From Callorhinchus milii (taxonomy: Eukaryota), in the NCBI RefSeq assembly GCF_018977255.1, contig NW_024704742.1, forward strand, positions 3,536,001-3,600,000: a DNA stretch of 64,000 nt, read 5' to 3'. Of this stretch, positions 50,806 through 63,557 are shown one piece after another. The stretch's first letter is position 1; each line of letters opens with the position of its first letter. A program made the position numbers and the translations under genes. The notes beneath the pieces were generated by a model. It was given only the letters and a program-made list of their open reading frames with translations. It had not been told where the DNA came from and searched no databases.

Positions 50806-51257
50806 GCGTGTGATACACCATTACAAAGGACTAAGTCGGTGAGTGCACCAGTAATATTTTCACACAGGCTTAAGTTGTCTTTTATCTGGACTTCTCCACA
50901 GAAAGGTCACACAGTAACACAAACACATCAAGGGATTCCCTGACAACTCGATGGATAAAGGCACCAAATCGCGTGTGTGTTGCGAGTTGGAGAACTCAAG
51001 TACACTTCCCAGTGTCTTGGGATGCCCTCTTCATGCGAGCAGCACTATATGAAGATAAAATTGTATTGTATTGCGGGCAGGCGAGCGAGTGAGTGACTCA
51101 AGGGCATCAATTTAAGATAGTTAATAAACGAGCAATGAAATGCCCTGCTGGGAGCGGTGGTTGAGATAGAATCCATATTGGCCTTCAAGCGGGAACTAAA
51201 AAAATACAGTACCTTAAAAAGAGTCAGCTACGGGGCTAAGCGCGGGTAAATTTGGAA

Positions 51258-52490
51258 CAATAACAACAACTTAGATTTATATAGCGCCCTCCACACCGGA
51301 CGGCATCTCAGAGCACTTCATAGTAACGGATCCCGGGGCCGAGCCAGGGAGGGGTGGGGGGGAGGGTGACCAAATGCGCGGTCGAAAAGAAAGGTCTTCA
51401 GCAGAGACCAGAAAATAGAAAGAGAGGGAACGAGGCAAAGGGAGTGAGGAAGGGAGTTCCAAGAGCCTCAGGGCATAGGGTCATAGGGCATAGGTGGCAT
51501 GGCCACCGAGGGTGGAGCGGAGGACTTAGGGGACGAGGAGGAGGCCAGACCCGGAGGAACGGAGGCAACAGGTACTGTTTTGAAGAGAGAGGAGGTCAGA
51601 GAGGTCGGGGAGTGCAGAGGAGTGAGTGGAGGGACTTGAATACAAGAGTGAGGATCTTGAAGTCGATCCTCTCTGGGACAGGCAGCCAGTGCAGTCTGGC
51701 CAGGACTGGGGGGATCGGGGAGCGGAGCTTGGTGCGGGTGAGAATGCAGGCGGCAGAGTTTTGAATGATCTGGATTTTATGGATGGTAGTGGATGGGAGA
51801 CTGGCGAGGAGGGTGTTAGAATAGTCCAGCCGAGAGGTGACAAAGACATGGACCAGGGTTTCAGCGGCTTTCGGGAGAGAGCTATTGGCGGAGACGGGTG
51901 ATGTGTCGTAGGTGGAAGAAGGTGGTGCTGGTGAGGGTCCGGATGTGGGGGAGGAAGGATAATTGGAGGTTGAACCTGATGCCGAGATTGCGTATGGGTT
52001 CGGAGAGTTTCAGGGGGAGGTCGGGTAGGTGGAGGAGGTGAGAGCCGTGAGATGTTAGACGTTGATGAGAGACAAAGAGTATGGCTTCCATCTTGTCAAC
52101 GTTCAGCTGAAGGAAGTTTGCGCTCATCCAACCCCCTGAGATCTGACAGGCAGCTGACAGAACATCAGGGGACTGGGGGTTGCAAAGAGAGGTGGAAAAA
52201 TAGAGTTGGGTGTTGTCCGCATACATGTGGAAATGTACCTCATGTCTGCGGATGACATCCCCAAGAGGGAGCATGTAGATCAGAAAGAGGAGGAGACCAA
52301 GGATGGATAGGTGACCGGGTGAGAGCGGGAGGAGAAGCTGTTTGTGCAGATGTACTGCAGATGTACAGAGGTAGGACTCGAACCAGGCGAGTGCGGTCCC
52401 ACTGAGGTGGATAACGGAGGAAAGGCGGTGGAGGACGATGGCGTGATCGACTGTGTCGAACGCCGCGGAGAGGTCCAGGAGGACAAGGGA
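51258..52490 (-). mobile_element. L2-clade LINE fragment: decayed ORF2 RT/C-terminus plus 3' UTR
   Basis: ORF 51882-52274 reads MLPLGDVIRRHEVHFHMYADNTQLYFS...WMSANFLQLNVDK...IRNLG...FFHLRHITRLR. An AAFDTVD motif lies upstream and a (TTG)n tail near 51258-51270. Confidence 0.93.
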
Positions 52491-53644
52491 CTGAATTTTT
52501 TGGGATCAACTGGTTGTCTGACACATGCGGAAACCTATCACCATGCGTATCAAAACCAAACAGAGATTTGTGCATCCCACCTACACACAGAAATTCGGTT
52601 TGTTGGGGCGGAATGTGCACTCTTTCCCTGCTTACCAAATTCCAGAAAGTATTATGAACAGATTGGCAAAAACCAAGCCTTGGGGTCCCCAGAGTGTGCG
52701 CTGGGATGCTGTTGGAGTCTAACCAGCTAAAACTGCATAGCTTGCCATTGAAAATACTGCCTGGCAACCTTTCCGGTAATTGTCCAGGTCCTGCCGAAGA
52801 GCCAGGCTGGGCTGCGCTATCATCAGCAGTGTCCTGGAATACTGCGGACCGACCCGCCCGTCGCAGAAGCCCGGCTCGATTCCGCACTCCATTACCAAGC
52901 GTGTCAACTTGGTGCCAGTTCAGCTCCCCAAGGAGGATAGTTACTGAAAGAATTGCTCTTGAGGGAGCCATCACAGGCATGAAGGGCCAAATGGCCTCCT
53001 TCAGTGCCATAAATGTCTAGGGTTCTACGGTCTGATCTCAACTGCGGCAGCAGTGGGGAAGGACAGGACACTCTCTGACAATTCCCAGTGTCCGGGTGTA
53101 CACATAAAGAGAGGCTACTTTGGGCAGTTATCGGCTCAACAGCTTTTAGAGCAATCTCGACAGCAATCTCCCATATAAAATTAGCTATTGACTTTATTGT
53201 TATTTGTGGACCATTGCTGTGCCCAAATTGGCTGCTTCATTCACCCACAAAAATAGTCATTCCACCTTTCAATCTATCCTCAGAAGTGCTTTGGGACGTC
53301 CTCCTGATATGAACGGTGTGATATCGTATGTGAGGCTTATTATTAGCTGCTTTCAGAAGAGGGGAAGGAACGCCCACAAAATATACCGTCAATTCAGTTT
53401 ACAGTATATTATGTGAAGGGCTCTGAGACGTCTCGAAGACGTGATGAGCCGTTATATCAAATGTAAGGATTTTTAGGATTATTATCATGAGGAGGGTGGG
53501 AAATAGAAGACAAGAGCAGTGTAAACATATGAGGCAAAAAGGCTAGAATAATTCACAAAATAGATTGCGTACAACTTAATCCACTCTCTTTACAGCTTTT
53601 GCTCTTCAGAGAATAATAATTCTGTTAATAAAGTTCTTTATTCA

Positions 53645-53964
53645 GTGGAGTCCTGTAGCTCAGTGGTTAGAGCACTCGCTTTGCAAGTGAGAGACCTGAG
53701 TTCAATTCCCGGCAGAGGGCGAAACCTTGGGCAAGTTTCCTTACTCCACACAGAGCCTAATAATAATCCTCCAAAACCAAAAACAATAATAAAATTGGCC
53801 ATTCTCAATCTACGACTGTTTGTGGGACATTGCTGTGCGCAATTGGCTGCCGCGTTCGCCCACAAATATACAGTCAATTCACTTTACAGTGTGTTCTGTG
53901 AAGCGCTCTGGGACGTCCTTCCGATGTGAAAACCGCTATATCAAATGCAAGGATTATTATTATT
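53645..53964 (+). mobile_element. SINE family A with internal deletion
   Basis: Head GTGGAGTCCTGTAGCTCAGTGGTTAGAGC, then CCTTGGGCAAGTTTCCTTACTCCACAC, intact tail. Confidence 0.9.
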
Positions 53965-54164
53965 TATTCGGTCTGCTCATAGTTATTAGAAGTTGGAGGT
54001 TACTAGGCACATGTTGTGTAAATGCAGACAATAAGGCCTTTTTCAGGAACATATTTTCTCCGCAAGGTTACTGTAGTATCGATCTGAATCTTTCCAGTAC
54101 ACCGTTGCAGCACTAAAGTGTCTCTCTGGTGAGTTTTCTTTACCTCGGCCCTTATCTCACACCA

Positions 54165-54420
54165 AATGCACCAATACCCTTGTGCATGCCTCTATTACCT
54201 CCTCTCTGGTCTCCCTAGCTCCATCATCCATCAACTCCGATTTAACGTCACCAACATCCTCAAACACACGTCCTCGCCAGGTTTCGCTGTCTCCCTTCAG
54301 AGTAACTTCAAGGTCCTCACCCTCACTCACTCGCAGCACACTCCTCCACTTGCCCCATCCGTTCAGCTTTCAGATTCCATTCCTCTGCAACTCCCTCTCT
54401 CGACCCTTCCATTTTGCCCC
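54165..54420 (+). mobile_element. L2 ORF2 fragment, strongly decayed
   Basis: LLSGLPSSIIHQL-type translation, homologous to the C-terminus of the L2 at 51258-52490. Confidence 0.6.
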
Positions 54421-54431
54421 CGCTCTAGCTC

Positions 54432-54745
54432 TGTCAGCTGGGCTCAGTTGGTAGCACTCTGATTTCAGAGCCAGAAGGTTGTGGGTTCAAGCCCAGTCCT
54501 TCAGATGAGACATTAACCTGAGGTCCGTTCTGCCTGTTCAGGTGGCTGTTAAAGATCCCACGGCACTAATGAAAAAGAGAAGAGTTTCTTCCGGTGTCCT
54601 GACCAAATTGGTTATTCGCTTCATGGTCATTTGTGGGACACTGCTGTGCTTAAATTGGCTTCCGTGATCACCAACAACTGCACTTCCAGAAAGTCCTGTG
54701 ACGCATTTTGAGATATCTCAATAATATTATGTGCAAGGATGAATT
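54432..54745 (+). mobile_element. Deu-domain SINE family B
   Basis: Head GGCTCAGTTGGTAGCACTC...GGTTGTGGGTTCAAGCCC; body AAAGATCCCACGGCACTA; shared tail. Confidence 0.85.
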
Positions 54746-55983
54746 ACTTCTTCGACTGCACCTACGGTCACCTCCCCCTTTCCCCCCTCTCCCCTGCTCG
54801 GAGTCTGACCCAGTCAGTGCAAAGCGTTCCAAGACTTAGTCCTACTTAAAAGGCGATATGTCAATCTGCTCCCAAAAATGCACAGTCACACCATTAAACA
54901 GTAAATTCGATGAAGCGCTTTGAGACGTAAAGCACTGTATCAAACGCAAGGATTATTATGTTATTGTCGCTTTTTCTTCACAAATTATCCATCACCTGAT
55001 CGTTACTTAGCCTTAAAGCAAGAGCATAATTACTCTTAGGAACAGCAGAGGTGATCCATGATTTTATCCCCTTCCACACAATCCGCATCAGGGAGAATGA
55101 ATGTTTGCATTCTGATTTTGTTGTTTGGAGCTGAGAAATTCTCAAACAAGTTCTATTCATTAGCTGCCACCATTAGATTTCCTGAGGTTTTCCTGTCAGC
55201 CTAACGTCTGCAGCAGTTTTCCATGTAGCAGGAATTCCACAGATGGTATTCATATCCAGACATGACTACTATTTCCAGATGAGTTGATGTGAACAAAACA
55301 CTGTTTTAAGGAGACCAGAACACATTTATCAAGTCGGGGAGATCCCTAGGGTAGATCAGTTCTCCAATACATAATTATTCAATAGTCTGAGATTAAAGCA
55401 AAAGCTATTATTAGATCTGTAAAGATCCAAAAGACAATGTTCAAACATGGAATTTTTCTCCGTTCACGTTTTGTTTTTGGACTTCATGGAGGAGTCAGCT
55501 GAATTCTGCAAATGTTTCATGTTAAATATGAAATAACTCACTGTAGGAAAACATAGCAATTACTTTACAACACGGCTGAATCATTTGAACCAGATGTAGG
55601 GGATTTCAACGTCACTGGTCTTATTTTTTATTACAATTTGTACCTGCAGTGAATAGTGAGAATCAACATATGAATTTATTCAGCATCCCCAGATTCCAAA
55701 AAACAACATGAGATCAGTCTGAAGCCGAAAAAAAAAACATAAACACATGGAGTCAACGTTCTGAAAGTCCTTAAATTGCAGGGGGGGAATGAACAGTGGA
55801 TACACTGTGTTGGAGGGATCCCAGAACAAACTAGACCACCAAGGAAACAATAAACTCTGCTTCTCGGACACGCAAAGCCAACATGCTCTCCATACCATCA
55901 GGATATGGAAGATTTTGTCCTGTTTACATAGTGAATAGATAGCATCAGTCTCTCTGGACAGTAGCAATTCCACAAAACACTAT

Positions 55984-56160
55984 CAGTCCTATTAGACGGT
56001 GTCTGTGTCATTACAGTCCCATTAGACAGGAGCTGTCCCATCAGAAAGTTTCTATGCCAAGAGACAGTGCCTGAGCCATCAGACAGTGTCTCTGCCCCAT
56101 TAGACAGTGTCTATCCCATAATGGTCCCGTTAGACACAACCCCAGCAGAGTTCCATTAGA
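55984..56160. repeat. Degenerate tandem repeat with core CCATTAGACAGTGTCT (~18-20 bp period)
   Basis: Recurrent CCATTAGACA / AGACAGTG words. Confidence 0.75.
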
Positions 56161-56254
56161 TATCATTGGAACTGTGCCAAAAGTTCTGTTTCTTTTTAAA
56201 TTAAATGTAACTTGGTTACGCATGTAATGGCAGATTTAGGAGATTATTTCCATC

Positions 56255-56395
56255 AATGGTTACTGGATAGCGATGGGGACCCGAAACCCAAGCTGATTTC
56301 TCCCTCCCAGATCCAGGGAATACCTGAGGCCAGTGGTAGTAACCCAAACTGTTGCCTTGCCTGAGATCAGCTAACTCAGTCCATCTGGTCTGATA
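56255..56395 (-). mobile_element. AmnSINE2-like fragment
   Basis: The reverse strand has CTGAGTTAGCTGATCTCAG...TGGCCTCAG...GGGAGGGAGAAATCAGC...ATCGCTATCCAGT, matching the recalled AmnSINE2-type consensus. Confidence 0.6.
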
Positions 56396-58243
56396 CCTTA
56401 GAGTTATATTAGTGAGTGGTTTTACCCAGTGGAAGAAAAGACTTCAGCTCAACGGTGCACGTGTCTGAGCCCACTGACCAAACTACCATTAAATAGTTAC
56501 GCTTCAGCAGAACGGACACTCGATCTTCATGAAAACAAGTTTGACCAAGTTGTTTTTATTTGTTTGAAGGGATGCAGAGCTAAGCTATGGCATCTTCCTT
56601 GCAAAGCAATCTTGGTGTAATTGAGTCTTCACTATGGCTTTCTTGATCTAGCTTATCCAACTCCTGATTCTGCCTTCCTGTCCATAGGGAACAGCTGGCT
56701 TGCAAGTCACCAAAAGAGAAATTGCAGCTGTAATCATACAGCCTTAAACTCTGTTGGCTACCATGTGGAAGTTTCATCACATTACTCCTGACTCTATTAT
56801 CTGATGTGCAGAAAGGCAATTTGTCCCAGGACAGCACAGAAACTATGGATCATTTGCTATTATTATTAACCGTCTCAACATTCAATTGCTTCTTACCAAT
56901 AACAACAACTCGCATTTATACAGCGCCCTTCATGTGGGCTAGTGTCCCAGAGCGCTTGAACGAACTCTGAAAACAAAACAGACACGTGTAAAAGTCTGGA
57001 AATCAATCAGAGGCTGCAGTGAAACGATGCAAATCCACTGTCTTGGTAGAGATTGTGACTGATTTCGAAAACAAAAGAGGGAAAGCAATCTTTTCAAAAT
57101 ACATGGCCATATCATCCGGAAGAAATGGATTCATTATAGTCTGATGACAACAGCTGGGAAGAAAAGCTAACTTATTTGAGACAATTTCATTTCTCCAGCT
57201 ATGTAATAAAATACCTTTAAGTACCATGCTTTGTTCCACCAAGTTATAGGTAATCATTACACAAATGTTGTCCATCTCAGCATTAATTTTTGTCCACTGC
57301 ACGAGTCGCAGAAAGAACCTTCATTTTTGTAGCACCCCATTGAGTCAAAATGTCTCAAGGTGCTTCACAGGTAATTAATGGCATGTGTACTGTGGTCAAG
57401 TGCTTTTTTGAAAGCAAACGCAGCAGTCAGTTTGCGTTAACAATGTGCCACAGACCGCCATGAGATGAATGTTCAATTAATCCTATGAATTAATCTGGGC
57501 ATTAATTTAAAATAGTTCAAAACAAAGCAAATAGGAAAACAAAATCTGCCTGAGGTTTACCAAAACTTTGGTGTGTTCTTTCACCCCTCCCCAAGGAAGT
57601 ACAGGTGTTTTTAAAACAAATGGACTCCTAATAACTAAAAAAAACATGACAAATAGCAACTATGTGTTCTCGCATTCTCCATTTCCTATTCTTTAAACAA
57701 CTTGCTATCCATGCTGCCATCTTCCCATTAACGCCACTCACTTTTTCAACAAGCCTTTTTTATACAGCACCTGGTCAAAAAGCCTTCTAAATATCAACTG
57801 ATAATAATAATACTCTTTGCATTTGACATGGAGCCTAACAACATATCCGTCCCTACGTCTACTATTTCCTCCTCGCCTTCCCTCAAGCATTCTCGGAAGC
57901 AATGCCATCAGGTTCTGGTGATCTGTCCACTTTCGTAACTCCGTCGTCCAGAGACTTGGGACGTCCTCTCGACGTGAAAGGCGCTTTACAAATGTGATTT
58001 TGTTGTTGTTGTTGCCACTACATCAACTATTCCTGAGAGGGAAGAGCAATGTGGTGTTCACCTCCAGACTGACGATACATTTAGCATTTGATGTTGAACA
58101 CAATGGGTTTGGTTGTCACCACATTTTATTTTTGACATCATGCCATTAAAACCTCAGTTCCTCATCAAATTGGGCTGTATTAGATCAGGGAACTAGCATA
58201 AGTAACCCCAATCTGAACAAAGAATCAGTTCCCAATTGATTTC

Positions 58244-58348
58244 AGGTAAATTAAATTATTTCGAGAATGGATGCAATTTCTAAAACCAACTTTTGATAAA
58301 CCTTGGTTTTAGAAATGACATCGATCCTTGAAATAATTTAATTTACCT
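58244..58348. repeat. Long inverted repeat: 46-bp arms, 13-nt loop
   Basis: Arm 58244-58289 and the reverse complement of 58303-58348 are identical at 41 of 46 positions. Confidence 0.95.
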
Positions 58349-58611
58349 TTTCAGATCAACAACAGTCCTACCTCAAATTGGCCCTTCGTTTATCTGAAAA
58401 GTTGTGTAAAAAAAAGGGTTTAAAAAAAAACAATTTTTTTTTCCACTCATAGAAAATCCTCTTCCTTCTGTTTGTTGTTAATTTTCTCCGGGTTGGCAGA
58501 GACTGGTATCGGTTTGCTCTACATTTATTTTGTTGTGGTAGGGTGCCTTTTGGGACTTTTGACATTAAAGGTACAATTTAAGTCAATGCAAAAGTTGATC
58601 CTACTGATACA

Positions 58612-58910
58612 ACAACAACTTCACAATTTCTAATGCGAGCCTTTCATATGAGGAGGACATGTCAAAATACTTTACTGGGAGCCCGAGCTGAGGGGGTGGG
58701 CCGGGGGGGGGGGGGGGGGTGGGGGGAGTGAGCTGAAGAGAGTGGGGGGAGGAGAGAGGCCAAAAGCACAGTTGATAAGATAGGTCATAACGCAGGCTTT
58801 GAAGGTGGAGAAGGAAGGGGGGCAACGTGGAGAGACCCCAGGATGGAGTTCCAGAGAGCAGGGGCCAGAGCAGCTGAAAGCTTGCCCACCGACGGTGCCT
58901 TCCATCGGAC
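58612..58910 (-). mobile_element. L2 3' fragment with tail
   Basis: TVGGQAFSCSGP..WNS translation and a (TTG)n tail. Confidence 0.8.
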
Positions 58911-61900
58911 AGATGAAATAACTAATGGTTCCCCCCCCACCCCCGAGCTGTTTTTCCAAAGGAGGTTCGAGGCTGATGAAACAAAATTCCAGCAGCAATC
59001 TGAAGTCTTAATCAAGCCAGCGGAAAATAAATCCAGAGTGGGACTATTGAAACGAAATACAAATAATCACAAAACAGACACATTCAAAAAAAAAACACAT
59101 AATTATACGAAGAACGTATGGCTGTGCAAATCAAACTGTATAATCCCAAAAATGTACTCACATGACTGAATCTAACGAGGCAGTGTAAACAAATGCATGA
59201 TACGAAAGCTAGCACAGAGGAATATTTAGATAACATTTGAACCGTGTTACACTTCGCCGAAATTCCTCCAATTATACAGTTTGACATTTTTTGCTGCCCT
59301 TTGACCATTTGTAAATAAGAAATGAATAGAACTTAATTTAACTATTCATGAATTCAGAAATAGTAACATGAGCTGCAACATCTGACAGTGACTATCAAAC
59401 AGTAGGGTACTGTGTCCAATAAAGCCTAAGGCTAGTGGGAAGTAGCTTTCCGTTAGGTCTGAAAGAACTCACTACAGTACTTTGCTTCCCGAGCCCAACA
59501 ATTTCCAAAATAACATTGCACAATCTGTGGATGAAAATGTCGAGTGTTTTACTTTAAAGTCTATAGGATGGAATAGCGGCCATTCAATGAGCTCAAATCC
59601 TATTCATCTATTTATTTTACTTTTTGAATGCATTTTTGCTCCATAATTTCTTTCTTCGCAAATGTTTGTTTTGATAAATGCTCCGTAGTTACAGTGTGCT
59701 GTGACAGATGATGCAAGTTGTGTTATATACTGTACAGTGCTGATTGTAACCTATCATAGAACTATTCACTTCATAGTCAATTCACTTCACAGTGTGTTCT
59801 GTGAAGCGCTTTGGGACGTCCTCCTGACGTGAAAAGCGCTATATCAAATGCAAGGATTATTATTATTATTATTATTAACTATCCATGGTTCTACTAATAC
59901 TTATTCTATTTACATGTGGGGGAGAGGTGGCTAAAGACCTTAATGCGTGGGTAGTTTAGATCTCCAAGTTGAGCACTTACACTGTCCCTTCAGTTGACTG
60001 GTTGCCATAGCCTTTAAACATTAACCATAATAATAACAACCCCTGCATTTCAAATAGTGCCGGGACATCTTTAACATCCACCTGGAGAAGCAGACAGGAC
60101 CTCGGTTTAACGTCTCATTCAAGGAACCAGGAATGCGTCACAGCCCCCACAACTGGACTCAAGACTGGGCGTTAGATACAGTCTTTGTTCGGTGCAAAGA
60201 GTGTTAGGTGTATTTTTGCAGCGACCAGATCAGACGAGTATTTAGATGACAATGGGAACCTCCTCAGAAATTCATCTATTTTGATTTTTTTTTTAACACT
60301 TTCAGGCACCTCTTCCAGGCAGGAAGTGGAGTATTCTAAAATACACCCTTACGGAGAGATATAAAAGTGGAACACAAAGTGAAAAAAATAACTTCACTTG
60401 CTTCTATTTGAGGAGAAGATTAATTAGGACATGGGTCCTGGTCTATTAAGTGCAGAGTTCATGTATATTTAATAACTTATTTAACTCGGACTCTGAGTAC
60501 AGAACTAAACGGGGGGAAAAAAAACCTTCCATATTCACAGCTTCAAGCGACACTCAAGATTAGACGATCTGTCACCCCTTCCACCAGATTAGGGTATATA
60601 TAGAAGCACACCCAAGGCAGAGCGTAATTGCAAGCAACGAGTTGGATACATATCTGGTTAGAAACAGATTTTAAGGTCATGGGGCTGATTATAAATTGAG
60701 AATCAAATACACCAGGGACTCAGTGCTGCCTTTGGTACTGAGGCTAAGAAATCACCTCCGTAGAAAACGCAAGGATTGAACAGTGGTCAAATATTCTAAT
60801 AACTACGTTGATTAACTTTGGTTGTCACCTTTAAAATTCTACAACAACATCAACAACTTGCATTGATATCGAGAGGTTTCCCTCAGGAGGTTATGCATGT
60901 TGAGCAAAGTTCATTATTGGGTAAACTACAACTGGACTGTAGAACAGAATTCTTTCACGTTCATCTCATGACTCCTTATGTTTGTGCCTATCACTCGCTG
61001 ATCTCAAATGCCGTTTGCACTAAAGATTCCAGATTTATACTCAGATTCTCAGCTTGAGAAAGTGATATTCTTTGCCGGCAAATCTCCAAAATGTACAAGT
61101 CATCATTGCATCGATTTCAGTCCTTAGCTGAGTTTATTATAGATTTTGATCGCTGTAAACATTGCTGAGAAAAAGGATGACAATTTTGCTTTGCGTGTGT
61201 GGCAGAAACATTTCACCTGTGGCACTTTCTGATATGACACGAGCTTATTGAGTGACGCCTTTCCATCGACCGCTGAAATCTGAAAAATCCGGTCTGCATT
61301 TCTCTCTTCACATGCATGCAAAAGAGCGATTTTTATTAATTTGGTTAAATTACACAGATCTATACATTTGTGTTACATGTAAGATTTCTCCAGCTCTCTG
61401 CATCCTTTGTAAAAAAAAATCTGCTAATTTAATGCAAAATGCGGTAAGGAGGTTTTCTGTAAAGTCACTCAAGAATATGCGTTGGACTGCATTGAGATGC
61501 CAATATAGTACAATATCAGATAAGAATATTTGTTGGACTATATTGAGATGCCACACTCCGATTTGTGCCACGCCAATCTAGTTGTATTAGATAACTAAAT
61601 GCTGTTTGGGAGTATGTAATTACCATTACATACTTTGGTTCACAGCAACAACTTGCTCCCCACTCGCAGAGCACTGTAGAGTGACAGAATCAGGCACTGA
61701 GCGAGGGAGAAGGGAAGGTGACCTTAGGCACATTCAAAGAGATAGATCTTTAGGTGGGAATTAAAGATAGATCAAAAAAACGTGCAAGAGATTTTGGATC
61801 CAGTTGAAGTTAGTCCCATTTGTTCTTTGTGCTCCCTATCATCAAGATAAATGTTCTATACAATTAAATACAGTTACGCTATTTCCCTGTCTGAACTAAA

Positions 61901-62924
61901 GAACTAAAAGATGCTCTCTTTTTCCAGCTATTTTGCCTGATGAATGAATCATGTGTCCTGATGAATTAACAAGAGTCGTTTAATTCGAAAAGAGATAAGC
62001 AACTTCGAACACAGCTTCTCCTCCCGCCCACCCACACACCCGCCCGCCCGCCCCCAGCCACACACAACACATTTGTAGATATTGTACCAGTGCTCATTCA
62101 GCAGCCTATTTGCTGGCTAAATGCCCACAGATCCACACACTATTTGACATCCCGCTGCTCAATCTGGCTTGCAATACATAATTGCCCGTGTGAAAACCAT
62201 GGATGTGGGACCTCTCTTTTACGGTAGTTTGGAGCTTTCAAAGCCTGCCCATCACAGGCCAATTCAAGATAACTGTTTCCAATTTAGGAAATGTTGTCCT
62301 TTTTTTAAGAAAAATTGCCAATATTGTAAAGTCTTTGTCCAATTACTGTATGTCAACAGCAATATACTATACTCGAGGCCCCAGATTTATCGTGTTATTA
62401 GCCTCAAAACCACTGCCTGAAGTCTTTAGATAGTTCTTAAATAAATTCATTCTTAATTCGAAAGTGGGTTTTCCACACTTCTGTTTTTCTCGGGTGATGC
62501 AGGAAAACAGGTTTCAAGTTGAGACCAAATTTGAGAATTGTGCAAAACCTTAAATTTGTAAGGGAAATGGCCATAAGAATAAAACCATGACATGTTTAGG
62601 TCTTGGATACAAAGTGATGTAAAATGTGCAAAGTCTTTATCTATCCGACTATGTCATACAGTCTGGAGTACATTTATAAAACAGTGAGAAGTAAGCCCAT
62701 GCTACTGTTAATCACATAAGATCATAAGATCAGTTTGGATGAAGAAGGTCCTTTGGCCCATCCAATCTCATCCTTCTTGAACATCCACCCTATTCCGTCA
62801 CTGCATCAAGCGGCTTTATTGTTCTTTCAACATATTGGTCATGAATATTGGTGTCCTGGCCAGCAATCCCCCAAATAAAATTGCTCATTCATTTCCTGGC
62901 TGTTTTGTGGGGCGCTGCTGTGCG

Positions 62925-63180
62925 CAAAAGGAAGGTTTTCAGGCGGGACTTGAAAAAGGGGAGAGAGGGGGCAAGGCGGTGGGATTGAGGGAGAGTATTC
63001 CAGAGTTTCGGAGGGTATTGGCTGAAAGCACGACCTCCAATGGTGGAGCAGAAGGTGCGAAGGGATTTGAACACGAGCGCGAGAAGATCTTGAAGTCGAT
63101 CCGTTCGGTCACGTGAAGCCAGTGGGGCCTGGCCCAGAACTGGTAAGATGGGGGTACGGAGTTTAGTCCGGGTCAGTATG
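62925..63180 (-). mobile_element. L2 ORF2 C-terminal fragment
   Basis: STIGGRAFSQYPPKLWNTLPQSHRLAPSLPFFKSRLKTFL. Confidence 0.85.
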
Positions 63181-63557
63181 CCAATAGGAGCTCAGACCTA
63201 CATTTGACCGGTGTTTGATAACCGAGGTGTTTATATGTTTAGCAACTACATTCCATAATATTTCGCGCACAAAGCGCACAGTCATTGTATTTTACAGTAT
63301 ATCCTGTGAAGCCCATTGGAACGTCCTCCTGACATGAAAGGCACTCTAAATATTATTATTAGTAGTACTGTTTTTATACTAATTTGCAACTTGGAAACTA
63401 TGTAACTACAAATAATGATAATCCATGCATTTGATATAGCACCTTATGTCATTGAGGCGTCTCAAAGCGCTTCATAGAATCTACTGTAAAGTGAATTGAC
63501 TGCATATTTTGTGCCAGTCAATTGTGTTCAGCAGCGTCCCACAAACAATTGTGGGTT

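Noticed and set aside
52240..53010. Longest ORF in the track (256 aa, minus strand)
   Set aside because: It is a patchwork of antisense CR1 tail, unique DNA and out-of-frame L2 sequence, with no domain recognised.
57003..57302. 99-aa ORF in AT-rich DNA
   Set aside because: No recognisable motif or codon bias; ORFs of this length are expected occasionally in 64 kb.
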